A stretch of 63,512 nucleotides of DNA, the filler included, from Octopus bimaculoides (lineage: Eukaryota), in NCBI RefSeq assembly GCF_001194135.2. It is 5 parts of 5 records of this genome, joined end to end, with 100 filler letters (N's around TTAATTAATTAA, not from the genome) between each part and the next. Parts side by side here need not be neighbours in the genome. Positions count along the whole stretch, not along the records: positions 15,473 to 28,346 come from NC_068991.1; positions 28,447 to 40,357 come from NC_068981.1; 3 more parts are not named here. One strand, written 5' to 3'. The position numbers were made by a program, and so were the translations under genes. This document shows positions 24,479 to 36,309 of this stretch, piece by piece. Below the pieces are notes generated by a model. The model did not search any database, was not told the DNA's origin, and worked only from the letters and a program-made list of their open reading frames with translations. How positions within the stretch are numbered: the stretch's first letter is position 1; every line of letters begins with the position of its first letter.

Positions 24479-25427
24479 TGTATTATTTAGTGGTTTGTTT
24501 TATATTCCCGATTGTTGAAGAATGATGATAGTGAAATTCATGCTTTTGCCAAAGATATTAATGCCGTTACTGAAGTGAAATAATAACGTTATTATTTCGC
24601 ATCTACCTGCTCATAGAACAAGGGAAAGTAAATGTAAATATTCTTAGACTACTTTTTCTAAATATCGCTCAGTTTTTTATCCGGTGATTATGTGCTGATG
24701 TCAATGAGGTCCTTTCCAGGATGAGAACTATCATTTCGTTTATTATTTATTATTCAATTGCACCTTTTCTTCAACTTATGAAATTAAGACATGTGAATAT
24801 ACACAATCTCGACTAGATACAGTTGATATAGACACGAAGCGAAACTTTCTTACTCGTCAGTACTCACCTATCTAAGAGTGATTGCCAGATTTAATGATTT
24901 ATTTCATTGGAGAATAACAATGAAATCGGATGGTTACTAAATCTCTGAGGTCAGAGTGATATCCATGGACCTGGAAGTTAAAAGTTTGAGTTTCAGTAAG
25001 TAGATTGCAAGTTAGAGTGGTGCACTAAAACTGGTACATCACAAGAGTATGACTTCTTCAAATTGCTAAAGACAATCCTTTTTCCACGTGAAAAATTAGT
25101 GGAAATCTGCATTTTGAATGCAAGATAGGTATAAAAACTGTTTTGAAATACACGATAGAAATAAAGACCACTTGAATCAGATTAAAATATAAACCACTTG
25201 AATTTATTCGTGTTTATGACTCTGCTTATAGATACGTCGGTCTGCTTTGATGATAACTAGAAAGATTCTTGAACCGTGAGCAATTTTAGTCGTCTTACAG
25301 AGGTACTGAGCTGGACCGAACTGGAATCTAAATGAATTGTGATCGCTGGTATAATGGAATGGAACGCGAAGAGTTATTAGGCATCTAGTTCATCCAAATG
25401 ACTGGGAAATATGGTCGATGAAATCTA

Positions 25428-26250
25428 CAAGGGTAAGTCAAAAGTTATACGCACTCTTGTTTCCGTAGTTTGTTAAAACAAAAGCAGGGGTTGAACAATT
25501 ATATCATTTTTCGACATAGTTTCCTTGCTTTACGATGCACTTCTTCCAGGAGTCCTCAAGCTTGATTATTCCTTCGGAGAAGGTTTTCGGCTAGTCTCGC
25601 AGCTATTTATGCATCGCTTCCTACGCTTCTTCTTCCGTAGCAAACCGACGCCCTCGTAAAGGTTGTTTGAGTAGTCCATGGAAGTGATAATCGGAAGGTG
25701 CGAGATTTGTTTGCAGGGTGTTCTAACAACTCGAAACCCAATTTTTTGCGTCTCGAGAATTGATTAGTATAATCTTTTCTGCGAAAGGGTGTATCTTGAA
25801 TTTAGTTTTCGTTGGCGATTCCGGGTGTTTTCACTCCATATTCTGCTTTTGGATTCTTGCTCAAAGTGATGAATGCAGGTCTCATCTGTGACTATTCTCT
25901 CCAAAAAAGCTTCGTCTTCATCGTTGTTGTGGTCGAGCAAGCATTGACGGATCTCCACGCGATCGGGCTTATGCACTTGGCTAAGCTCTCTTGGCACACA
26001 TCTCACATAGACTTTGCATAAGCGAAGTTTGTCATGGATGATTTCGTATACAGAACCATGATTAATTTGTAGAGAACAGGCCACTTCATTAATGGTCACT
26101 CGTCAGTTTGCCAGAACCATCTTTCGAGCTTGTTGAATCTTCACATCAGTGGTGGAGGTTGATGGGTGTCCTGCTCCCTCTTCGTGCTTCACACTTGTCC
26201 GACCATTTTTAAACTTCCCCATCCACTCATGTTCATTTCTATGCGGTAGA
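25428..26250 (-). mobile_element. Mariner element with an internal deletion of the catalytic middle
   Basis: EWMGKFKNGRTSV, VRCVPRELS, FLERIVTDETCIHHFE, then LGFELLEHP..SDYHF and KKCIVKQGNYVEK*; TIR-like TACAAGGGTAAGTCAAAAGTT at ~25432. Confidence 0.9.
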
Positions 26251-26261
26251 CGGCGGTTATA

Positions 26262-26655
26262 CTGGGGCACCGCCCTCGAGGGTTTCTTAGCCGAACGAAT
26301 CGACCCCAGTACTTATTTTTTAAGCCTGGAACATATTCTATCGATCTATTTTACCGAACCACCAGGTTACGGGGGTATAACAAACTAACACCTGTTGAAA
26401 AGCAGTGATGGGGGATAAACGGAAATGCGCGCGCATCTCTCTCTCTCTTCTTTGTATATGTATGTATGTAAGTATGTATGTATGTATGTATGTATGTATG
26501 TATGTATGTATGTATGTATGTCTTCTTTGACCAGATCTGCTCACAAGGCTTTGGTCGGCCTGGATTCATAACAGAAGACACCCATGGAGCCACGCAGTGC
26601 GACTAAACCCGGAACTATGTGGTTGGGAAGCAAACTTCTTATCACACCGCCACGC
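26262..26655 (-). mobile_element. SINE family A with internal (TATG)n
   Basis: Both halves recognisable; abuts the mariner 5' part. Confidence 0.8.
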
Positions 26656-27092
26656 AAGTATTCTGAGTCTGTACTATGGCTTCACACAGAAGTCGCCTCC
26701 TCTGTCACAATAAAGAAATTTCATGGGGCTGAGAGATTATTCCCATCCAACATCATTCTCATCGATTTCTGCAAGTGTAATTTGAAGAGGAGGGCGAAAA
26801 CATAAGTCGTAAATGAAACCATTCGTAAAGGAAAACCATTAGAGATATTGACTAAAGCTTATAACTACTTGTGTAAATCAGAGTAAAACAATCCACCGTA
26901 AACACCACGTTATTCAATTACAGGCATATAGAGAGGGTCTTTTCCCAGAAGACAATCGAATTTCCAGAATTTGCTAAACTGATTACTTACACCATTTTCT
27001 TATATTTTCTGTAGAATTTTTTCTTTTTGTTTTCTTCTTTTATTTTGTTTTTGCAATGGAGAGAAAGCATCATTCATTTCTTAATTTCAACA

Positions 27093-27139
<47 letters not shown>

Positions 27140-27858
27140 TTATNNNNNNNNNNNNNNNNNNNNNNNNNNNNNNNNNNNNNNNNNNNNNNNNNNNNNNNNN
27201 NNNNNNNNNNNNNNNNNNNNNNNNNNNNNNNNNNNNNNNNNNNNNNNNNNNNNNNNNNNNNNNNNNNNNNNNNNNNNNNNNNNNNNNNNNNNNNNNNNNN
27301 NNNNNNNNNNNNNNNNNNNNNNNNNNNNNNNNNNNNNNNNNNNNNNNNNNNNNNNNNNNNNNNNNNNNNNNNNNNNNNNNNNNNNNNNNNNNNNNNNNNN
27401 NNNNNNNNNNNNNNNNNNNNNNNNNNNNNNNNNNNNNNNNNNNNNNNNNNNNNNNNNNNNNNNNNNNNNNNNNNNNNNNNNNNNNNNNNNNNNNNNNNNN
27501 NNNNNNNNNNNNNNNNNNNNNNNNNNNNNNNNNNNNNNNNNNNNNNNNNNNNNNNNNNNNNNNNNNNNNNNNNNNNNNNNNNNNNNNNNNNNNNNNNNNN
27601 NNNNNNNNNNNNNNNNNNNNNNNNNNNNNNNNNNNNNNNNNNNNNNNNNNNNNNNNNNNNNNNNNNNNNNNNNNNNNNNNNNNNNNNNNNNNNNNNNNNN
27701 NNNNNNNNNNNNNNNNNNNNNNNNNNNNNNNNNNNNNNNNNNNNNNNNNNNNNNNNNNNNNNNNNNNNNNNNNNNNNNNNNNNNNNNNNNNNNNNNNNNN
27801 NNNNNNNNNNNNNNNNNNNNNNNNNNNNNNNNNNNNNNNNNNNNNNNNNNNNNNNNNA

Positions 27859-28240
27859 CCCGGCAAATTCGTCGCGACCCAGATCTTAGATCTGGTCGTT
27901 CTGACCACACACGCGTAACACAGCCAGCCAGTTCCAGCGACGACATCAACAACACCATCGTTCAACTACGAACTACAAGCATCGCCCCCGACGTCGCCAG
28001 CAGCAACACGACACTACGACTACCAGCATCACCGCCAGCGTCAACATGACTCTACACGTACACAAGCTACCAACAGCTAACCGCAGCACTTCTCTTCGAT
28101 CCTGTTTGTGTGATTCACCTCACCACGAAAATAACAGCCAAGAACCCAGTCTGCGAAGAACATCTGTATTCAAGAACCCGGCCCGGCATGGAAGTCCTAA
28201 CATCACGACGAGTGATCGCTCTGCCCTAACGCTTTAACTT
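27859..28240 (+). mobile_element. Possible LTR-retrotransposon pol C-terminal tail
   Basis: GC-richer S/T/P-rich reading frames with LRRTSVFKNPAR, similar to Gypsy RRSxRxxKxPxR tails; no core domain visible because of the gap upstream. Confidence 0.3.
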
Positions 28241-28446
28241 CTTATATACAGACACTTACCACTGTGTACTTTAACAAGGAACTGGTATCTTAAATTCATT
28301 ATACGTGTTACTGACTCTAATCTATACTCTGTAACTCTTACATACANNNNNNNNNNNNNNNNNNNNNNNNNNNNNNNNNNNNNNNNNNNNTTAATTAATT
28401 AANNNNNNNNNNNNNNNNNNNNNNNNNNNNNNNNNNNNNNNNNNNN

Positions 28447-28478
<32 letters not shown>

Positions 28479-29479
28479 CATATTTGTGCGTGTGCCTATA
28501 ATAATGACTATGAATCTTGCAGTTATATGCTAAGAATATGGACAGAGTCTTGTCCAAATGTCCATATATAATCGAATGTTGATGATGACGCCAGTGAAAT
28601 GTACTAATAAAAATAATTCATAGCATACTTTTTTCGTAATATATCTTTCAATATTAAAAGTATATAAAATACATTTGAATACGGAAAATAATATCTAAAT
28701 ATGTATTTTTCAGTTATTAACATATGAGTATGCTCAATTCACGAAAAACACTGGTATTTTATTTATTAAAATTTGTGCAAAATTGCATACTAGCTTTTTC
28801 TTCTGTTAGCACAGGCATATATTTAATATATATGAAACGAAGTGCCGTTTACACCTATATGCAATGTCCGTTATCCTTTTTTTAAAATTTATTTTTGGAA
28901 CATATAAAAAAATATAAACTAAAATTAGAAGCAATAATATTGGCTCAAGATATTAAAAAAATGAAATATATGTCTCGAATATTTTATTAATTCAATGTAT
29001 ATTTATTTTATATCTAGTTTTATAACTCAAACTGAAGATGGACATGATGCGTCAGCGATTTAACACAACAGTCTAATAAAAATTGTTCTGGACCAAACAC
29101 CACTGTAAACATGAGTCATTGATTATGAGCATAGGTAGTAATTTCAATTATCATTTCGTTGTTTTCCCTTCAATGGCTGATTCCATGTAATATGTGTGCC
29201 ATTTAAATGCGACGTCATGAATTTAAAAAAAAGAAATTCTTTAAATACACTCAATAACATTTGTGCCTTGTAAACCTTCTATCTTGTTGTCAGTATCATC
29301 TTCATTCAAGTTTCTTATAGGCTTGCACAATATGAGAGAGGTACTTGAAACTCAAATACTCGTTGTAACCAAATGCATTCGAGCCATGTGATTCATTGCA
29401 TGTGTACCAGCTTGCCCTCGTAAGTTTTGGGGGGTATTAGTAGCATTCCAGATCAATGGTGGAGACATGTTAAACATAG

Positions 29480-29641
29480 CTGCATGTGTGGCTATGTGGG
29501 AACAAGCTTGCTTTCAAACTACACGGTCTCCGGTTCAGTCCCACTGTGTAGCAACTTGGGGAAGTATCTTTTACTGTAGCCTTGGGATGACCGAAACCTT
29601 GTGAGTGGATTCGGTAGCGGAAACTGAAATAATTCTGTCGT
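29480..29641 (+). mobile_element. SINE family A 5' half
   Basis: GCTTGCTTTCAAACTACACGGTCTCCGGTTCAGTCCCACTG..GGAAACTGAA. Confidence 0.75.
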
Positions 29642-29756
29642 ATATATATATATACACAAGAGTTATAGAATGGAGTAGCAAATATCCGGGCTACAGGTTT
29701 CATAGCGGGTGAAACGTTAGAGTTGGTAAAAATCCAAACGAGGTGTATGCCACCGG

Positions 29757-29962
29757 CTACTCTTTAGGCTAAGTATATCTTGGTAAAATAAGAGGTTACA
29801 TTGTCACAAGAGTGTTCGTGTTGACTAATGGAAGATTTAAACAGATTGAATCTTCCATGCGTCAAGATTTACATCGTTGCGACAACATGCATCATCATGT
29901 ACCTCTTCGCAACAATGTAACCTTTAATTTAACCAAGATACCCTGAGCGAAAAAGGTAAATG
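29757..29962. mobile_element. MITE-like foldback element with ~60-bp imperfect terminal inverted repeats
   Basis: TATCTTGGTAAAATAAGAGGTTACATTGTCACAAGAG vs the reverse complement of CTCTTCGCAACAATGTAACCTTTAATTTAACCAAGATA; inner ATGGAAGATT/AATCTTCCAT repeat. Confidence 0.7.
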
Positions 29963-31517
29963 CATAAAAGAATATACCACTGTGCTGTAGTCTTATTTCT
30001 TATTTAGTACTAATTAGTTAAAGCGATGGATTTTGCTGATGCTGTAATATAAAAAGCTTCTTTTATTTTTCTTCTTCGGAACAAAATTCCAAGTCCACAT
30101 GAAACCGAATAAAAATATATTGTGTTATAAGCAACAACAAAAAATGCGCAAATTTTGGTGGACAAACAGTACATTGCATTACAGTCTGTCAATAACGACT
30201 ACCGCCTAAATTTTGTAATATAAATTTGGCTAACGTTTCCTGATATTACTATGAAAATTCTTGAGAAAATGTTTGAAGGTAACAATGGTTTAATGTAAAT
30301 GCTTTGTGAGTTTCTAACAAATCAAAGAGTGATGTGTAACAGAAAATTACAACATAATTTAATAAAGATATTTTAAGCATTAGTAATCTTCCTAGCATTT
30401 TATTGAAGCTAACTTAAAACAACTGAGTTTATTTAAGCCTCCGTTTTACAATTATTTAGTTTGTAGATAATGTAACAGAAACGTATGATAACAATGTGAG
30501 TGAACATCAAACAAATACATTTTCTCCTAAATATTTCCATTTCAAAGCATGCATCATAATTTTCCAACAGAATTTTAAAATATATCCGTCATGAAGTTTT
30601 GAATTTAACGCTATACATAGAAAATTATGTAATGAAAGTCGGATAATATTACAAAGGCAATAAGTATGCTTCCAATTAAGTATTCTACCTGAAATGCATA
30701 CTTATGCACATATTTCACTTTCGAACGCAACAAGAGTTAAATAAGCAGAAATATATATGTGTGAATATTTGCATCGAAGAAAGAAAATAACTAAGAAAGC
30801 AAATTAAGTCGCAAAATAATACCGGTTATTACGTATGTAGATTGACAAGGCAATACATCGTGGCTTACTTCAATAATGACTATATCTAAATTAATGTCAC
30901 TAGAGATATACAAGTATCGATATTGCTTCGAAAGTCATTTAAATGTCATTACCCATCATATCTTACTTATCATATTGGCAACACTTCATTAATGCGTTAA
31001 GTAATTTCCCACAGAACAGCGTGCAAATTTTGAAGTAAACCATATTTTCTATTGTTAATAAAGTGTGAGATATTTCAAGAAAGCAATCTGCATATTAGCT
31101 TGCAAAATACTTCCAGAAATAATATACTAAACATTGCGTTAACACACATTTCTTCCATATGTTGTTTTACAATTATATTTAGTGTATATTAATAATTGTT
31201 TTCTCGAGTATATCCTGATATAGGGACAGCAGTGAATGGTAAAGAAACTAATGATCTCAGTTTTCTTTAAAATATTGCTTGTTTTTCATCGATCGAGAAA
31301 GAATTTCAGGAAAAGAAGACATGTATACAAGAAAAAGTTTCCACCAGATCTGCTGCACTGTATTCTTAAAACATTAGGTTCATTTAATATTTGCATATTC
31401 ATTCATGTATATATTGGGTCATCCCATAAATAATGTAGTTTGTCCAAAAGTCGAAGGAGGACGGGATAAACTACCTGCATCATTTTGCTATAAAAAGAGG
31501 TAGTAATTTTACCTTGT

Positions 31518-32671
31518 ACTTATTCTTAGTGCAAGTTTGTATTCTGAGGATTGTTTTGTGTTGAGGGGTGTGTTGTGATGCTATGTAGCAGTTTTTTCTT
31601 TTTTTTTTTTTTTGGTGGTGGGGGGCATCTTTATTTGGTAGCCTGTGACGGATGAGCGAAATGAAGAGCTATGCAGCAGCAACGGGAAGTCAGGGTTCTG
31701 TCGTCCCAAGTATACTGAAACAGAATGAACTGCATTGTAACGTAGATCTACTCCGGAAATATCAATATATTGTGAAGATGGAGGGGTCGAACAAACAGTT
31801 GACACCACCAGAGGAAGACAAGGTGAAGATGGAAAGCAGAGTGATACTTTATAGAACTTTTTTGGAAAAAAGTAAGAAACTCGAGAATGCAATGAAGGAG
31901 GAAAGAAATACGCTTCAGCGGCAGTTAATTTTGTCTCAGAAGAGGAGGCAAAGAGACATTCCACTAAGATGCTACATGGAGAAAAATGGACAACGAAGGC
32001 GGAGAGGAGGAGTTCACCACCTAAAACGGAGCAACAACAGAAAAAACATAATGTACAAGAAGAAGTGAACCAACCAACAACGACAAATAGAATCAGTACG
32101 CCCTTGGGATCACCGAAGAAAAATGCCACAAGCAGAACAGCAACACCAAGCAAACATATATACTTAGAATTACACAAACATACAGACTTACAATCACACA
32201 AGCATACAAACTCACAGACACATAAACACACAGACATAATAACACATAGAAATATAGACAAAGAAAATAACGAAAATGAAAGGGGTTATTAAGGTGAATC
32301 TTTCAGAGGGATATGATAAGGATATAAGATGTATTCTGATGGAAGAAGGAAAATATAGAACTCTGAAAGAAGCTTTATCCGTCAGATGAAAATCCACTGG
32401 GGCCTGAAGTGAGTATTGAAACCAGCGCCCTAGTGGTGAATTATGACGACAAAAAGTGCCATAAAATGGTAAGTTGAGATTATTTTAAAGAGCTGTTAAA
32501 GACGTTTTGTTTGAAATAATTGAAATCACGTAATCATCCCGGAGCGGGGTCGGTGTGACCGTTTCACCTTCATTGTAAAATTTTCATTTTATTCATTTTT
32601 CATGTTTTAATTGTCCCCTCTATGTCGGCCCCTTGCAAGGAATAAAAAATCAACTTATTCTTAGTGCAAGT
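31518..32671 (+). mobile_element. Putative single-ORF (ORF1-only, HAL1-like) retroposon between 19-bp direct repeats
   Basis: ACTTATTCTTAGTGCAAGT at 31518-31536 and 32653-32671; leader, disrupted ORF, ~85-nt 3'UTR, then AATAAAAAA just before the second repeat. Confidence 0.5.
31652..32558 (+). pseudogene. Frameshifted ORF1/Gag-like coding sequence
   Basis: Starts MSEMKSYAAATG; charged helical segment; low-complexity HKHT repeats; C-terminal frames join as KEAL/YPSDENPLGPEV..MVS*DYFKELLKTF..HPGAGSV*. No recognised domain. Confidence 0.45.
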
Positions 32672-32951
32672 ATCTTGTTATGTGAAAGTTTTTCCAATGC
32701 TTCCTGTTGGATTGTTATATTGTTGCGGTGACTTACTGTTGTTTTTGCGATTGTTTTTGTTGAATGACTGTTTCTTGCTTGGTTGAAGCGGCTTGTTTTC
32801 AATTCCCCGCTGCGGCGGGGGTGGGGTGGGGGCGTTATTTTTGCACTGTGCGGCTTTGAGCCAATTCTGTGGGATGTAAGTCCAATTTTTCTGTTTTCGG
32901 CGTTTTGTCGTAAATTGTATTCTGTTTAAAAATAAAGAAAGAGCAAACATC

Positions 32952-33191
32952 ATGGAGTCGCCATTGAGTTCGATGGACTCGTCAAACAATTTAATCATGG
33001 ATATGCCTGTCTTTGTAACAGGTGAAGAAGAAAACACACCGGTGGTATCGGCCAAAAAGTTACAATTTGCAGAACCAGCAGGAAGGAAAGAAAGAGAAAT
33101 TAACTCAGAGATGAATATTCTAAAAAAATTGGACGGTGATGCGCAGACATGCGCTGAGGTTGAGGCATCTGTGGCTCTACCTGGGTGGTGA
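32952..33191 (+). CDS. Short hypothetical ORF after a GT/G-rich leader following the second 19-bp repeat
   Basis: MESPLSSMDSSNN.. 79 aa with a good start context (ATCATGG); function unknown. Confidence 0.25.
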   Translation: MESPLSSMDSSNNLIMDMPVFVTGEEENTPVVSAKKLQFAEPAGRKEREINSEMNILKKLDGDAQTCAEVEASVALPGW

Positions 33192-35662
33192 ACGGGTGTG
33201 GTCTCCGCTGGCGAAACGGATGTTTCCCAAGGTCACTAGTTTCGGTATTTTTGCCGCTGTAAACACTTCAATAGTCAGGAATGTAACATAGAATCGAATA
33301 CATTGTTGTAATCAAGCAGTACGCAGACACGTTTTCTTCTGTGTTTCTTTCTACTTCAGACAGCTTCATTTACCAAACATTTATTCGGTGCATTCCTACT
33401 CATTTCTTTCCCTCCATTTCATACAGCTCGTTTACAGTTTCATCATAATGTTGAGTCGTGTTACGGCCTTAGGCTTCTCTGCACAGTTTTTGTATTCTTT
33501 ACTATAAGATTTGGATGCGCTATGCTAAGTCAGTCAGAATCTCACCTTCCATGGTTCTTCACGATATGTCTGTGTATGTATGTATGCATATGTCTATGTA
33601 TGTATGTATGTATGTATGTATGCATGCATGTATGCATGCATGTATGAGAGAACCTGTATAATAATATACAGAAACAAACTTTGAATTGTATTCCCTTTAT
33701 GTAGCTTCTCCATTGCTTTACCGAAAACTTAGACATCGGTTGTACCTGTTTTAGTATTAATACTGGTGACGCAAATTTACTTTATAGTGTCTAGCTACGT
33801 TGCATTCTGATCAAAACTTTCCTTCTTGCCAGATCTTTGGAGAATGATTTTAGTTCGTCCTGTGAAAGGGATTGTTTTACTATAAAAATATCTCTCTTCA
33901 TAGGTCCGGACATAGCTTGTGATTTAAATTCAAATTTAAGTTTTATAGTGGCTAGTATTTTAAAAATTATGGCACTGTCAGTATACAGCCATACACACAG
34001 ATAAATTATTCCAGTGGATACAAGCTTATACTCGATAGACAAGACTGCAGTATTTGAGTATATGTTTTAAGATAGACATTTCAATTTGTTTGATTATCAA
34101 TTTCACGTATTTTCCATTGGTGCCAAATTTTGTTCATTGATATACGAAACTACAACCATGAATATTTAGGGAAATGGAAATAGAATTATGGATTTGATTT
34201 GATGCAGATATCAATATAAATCAAATCATAAAAATGTATCATCATATGTATAGATAACGTAACATCAGCTGGAAACAATTTAATAAAATCTAAATATTTT
34301 AAGGAATATGCACGCGCAGTCACACAAAACACAACAAAATCACACGTCCTCACACATTTGTACGTTAATGTATTCAATTTTTCAATGTTTTCCATTCTTT
34401 GTTTTATAATTCCTTTGTTTAGCTGATAAATATAATGCTCCTAAATATGCTTATTAAACCCCCAAGGTATTTCTGGTTTCATAATAAAAATGAAGTGAAG
34501 AAGTCAAGTTGTGCGCTTAAACTTCGGTAGCATTGGTTCATGATAATAATGTTACTATTGGAAATTGTTAGTTACTGATTCAGAAATTGAACCATATGAC
34601 GTGCAGAAATTGAACCACAAATAAATCTTAGCAGATATAACGTGCAACATATCTTACAGTTCAATTTGATTTGTATATTGCTATTAGTAAGAAGTCTCAC
34701 AACCTACTTCCAATTCCCAACAAAATATATCATGCAACGATGGCGAAGAGTGAAACTACTATGAATCTTTCGTCGAATATTGCATTTCTTCCCCTAAGAA
34801 ATTTCGTTGTACTTCCCTTTGCGAAAATCACATCATTCTATATATTAAGCATGGGATCTATTAACTACTTTTTAAAGAGCACATTGAAACCCATCTTATT
34901 CCTGAGGTGAAAAGATGAATCATGTTCCTCCCTGTTGCGTATTTCATAAATCTGTTGGCAAAAGCCAGCAAGTTTCCTAAAATATTTGGTACACACTTAT
35001 CGTAGAATAAAACAAAGCTGTCCAATATTTAAAATTCTATGTTAAATTTTTTCTTTCTTTTTTCGATACTTGCTGCTTATACCGAGTAATTTCAACGCCG
35101 GAATATGCGCTTTCACGTGACATGGTTCCCAAGTGTCAGGAATTATGTATTACTAATTGAATTTGTTTGTTTAATTACTGTTTAGTTTTTCTCCTTTTCT
35201 GTAAATTTTTTATAAACGTGCATTTATTCGCATAATTTTGAAAAAGGAAATCTTTGAATATATTCAGATCATGTCCGATTCTTTCACTTTTGCGTTTAGC
35301 ACCAATTAACGCTTCCTGAGATGAAGTATCCATCATTACGAATAAGGATTCAAACAAATTTTTGTTTCTTTTTTAAATATACTAATGCCGTAAAAGTGGG
35401 GGATTTTCGTTACTCGTAGTTAATGTGAAGATTGGATTATTTAAATTATTATATTTTGTGCCAATTATTGAGAACAATTTTTTTTTGTAAAATGAATACC
35501 GGTTGATCCAGAAACGCAGTCATCATGCTTAAATGTCCCACCACCAATAAGAGTGGTTAGAGAAGAAGTGAGATCGTACGAATTCTCATTCAAACCTTAA
35601 GAAAGATACGAAGAAGCTCAAATTAGGAAAAGAAAGGATTACCGTGCAATATGCACTTAAAA

Positions 35663-36153
35663 TACATGTAACTGGTTTATTCGTTAGAAACAGCAAAGGA
35701 GATTACGCAGAGGTCACGTGTTATCCAAGAGTAAACGATCCTAGTACCCATCATGGACTTCAGATACCAGGCGATTCAAGGGTGAAACGTAAGGAAACAG
35801 AAAAGATATTGAAATATCAGTCACTGCGGGACGAGACAAAAAAGTTATGGGTTATGAAGAAAGTAATGGTGACTCCGGTGGTAAATGGACCATTAAGAGC
35901 AGTTTTCAAGGCTTATGAAAAATATATTACGAATATTGGAGCTGCAAAATGGTCCGAGGTTATCCAGAAGACAGCATTGTTGGGTACAGCTCGAATTCTA
36001 AGGAGAGCATTGTCTCTTTGAGTCACAGAGGAAGGCACTTCTTGAAACCTTTGGTGATTCGTTATTGCCTGTTTTCAAGTAAAGTACAGCCGTTAAATAA
36101 GATATTATCCGAGAGTCTTTCATAATAATAATAACAATAAAAAAATAATAAAA

Positions 36154-36202
<49 letters not shown>
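35663..36202 (+). mobile_element. R4/Dong-clade LINE 3' end with (TAA)n tail
   Basis: IPGDSRVKRKETEKILKYQSL, VIQKTALLGTARILRRALSL*; TAA tail 36122-36202. Confidence 0.85.
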
Positions 36203-36204
<2 letters not shown>

Positions 36205-36240
36205 TTTTATTATTACTATTATTATTATTATTATTATTGC

Positions 36241-36286
<46 letters not shown>

Positions 36287-36309
36287 GTTATTATTATTGT
36301 TTTTATTAG

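Noticed and set aside
32400-32475. GTGAGT and GTAAGT donor-like sites suggesting host exons
   Set aside because: Both lie inside a frame that reads through (GPEVSIE, KMVS); no matching acceptor structure is evident.
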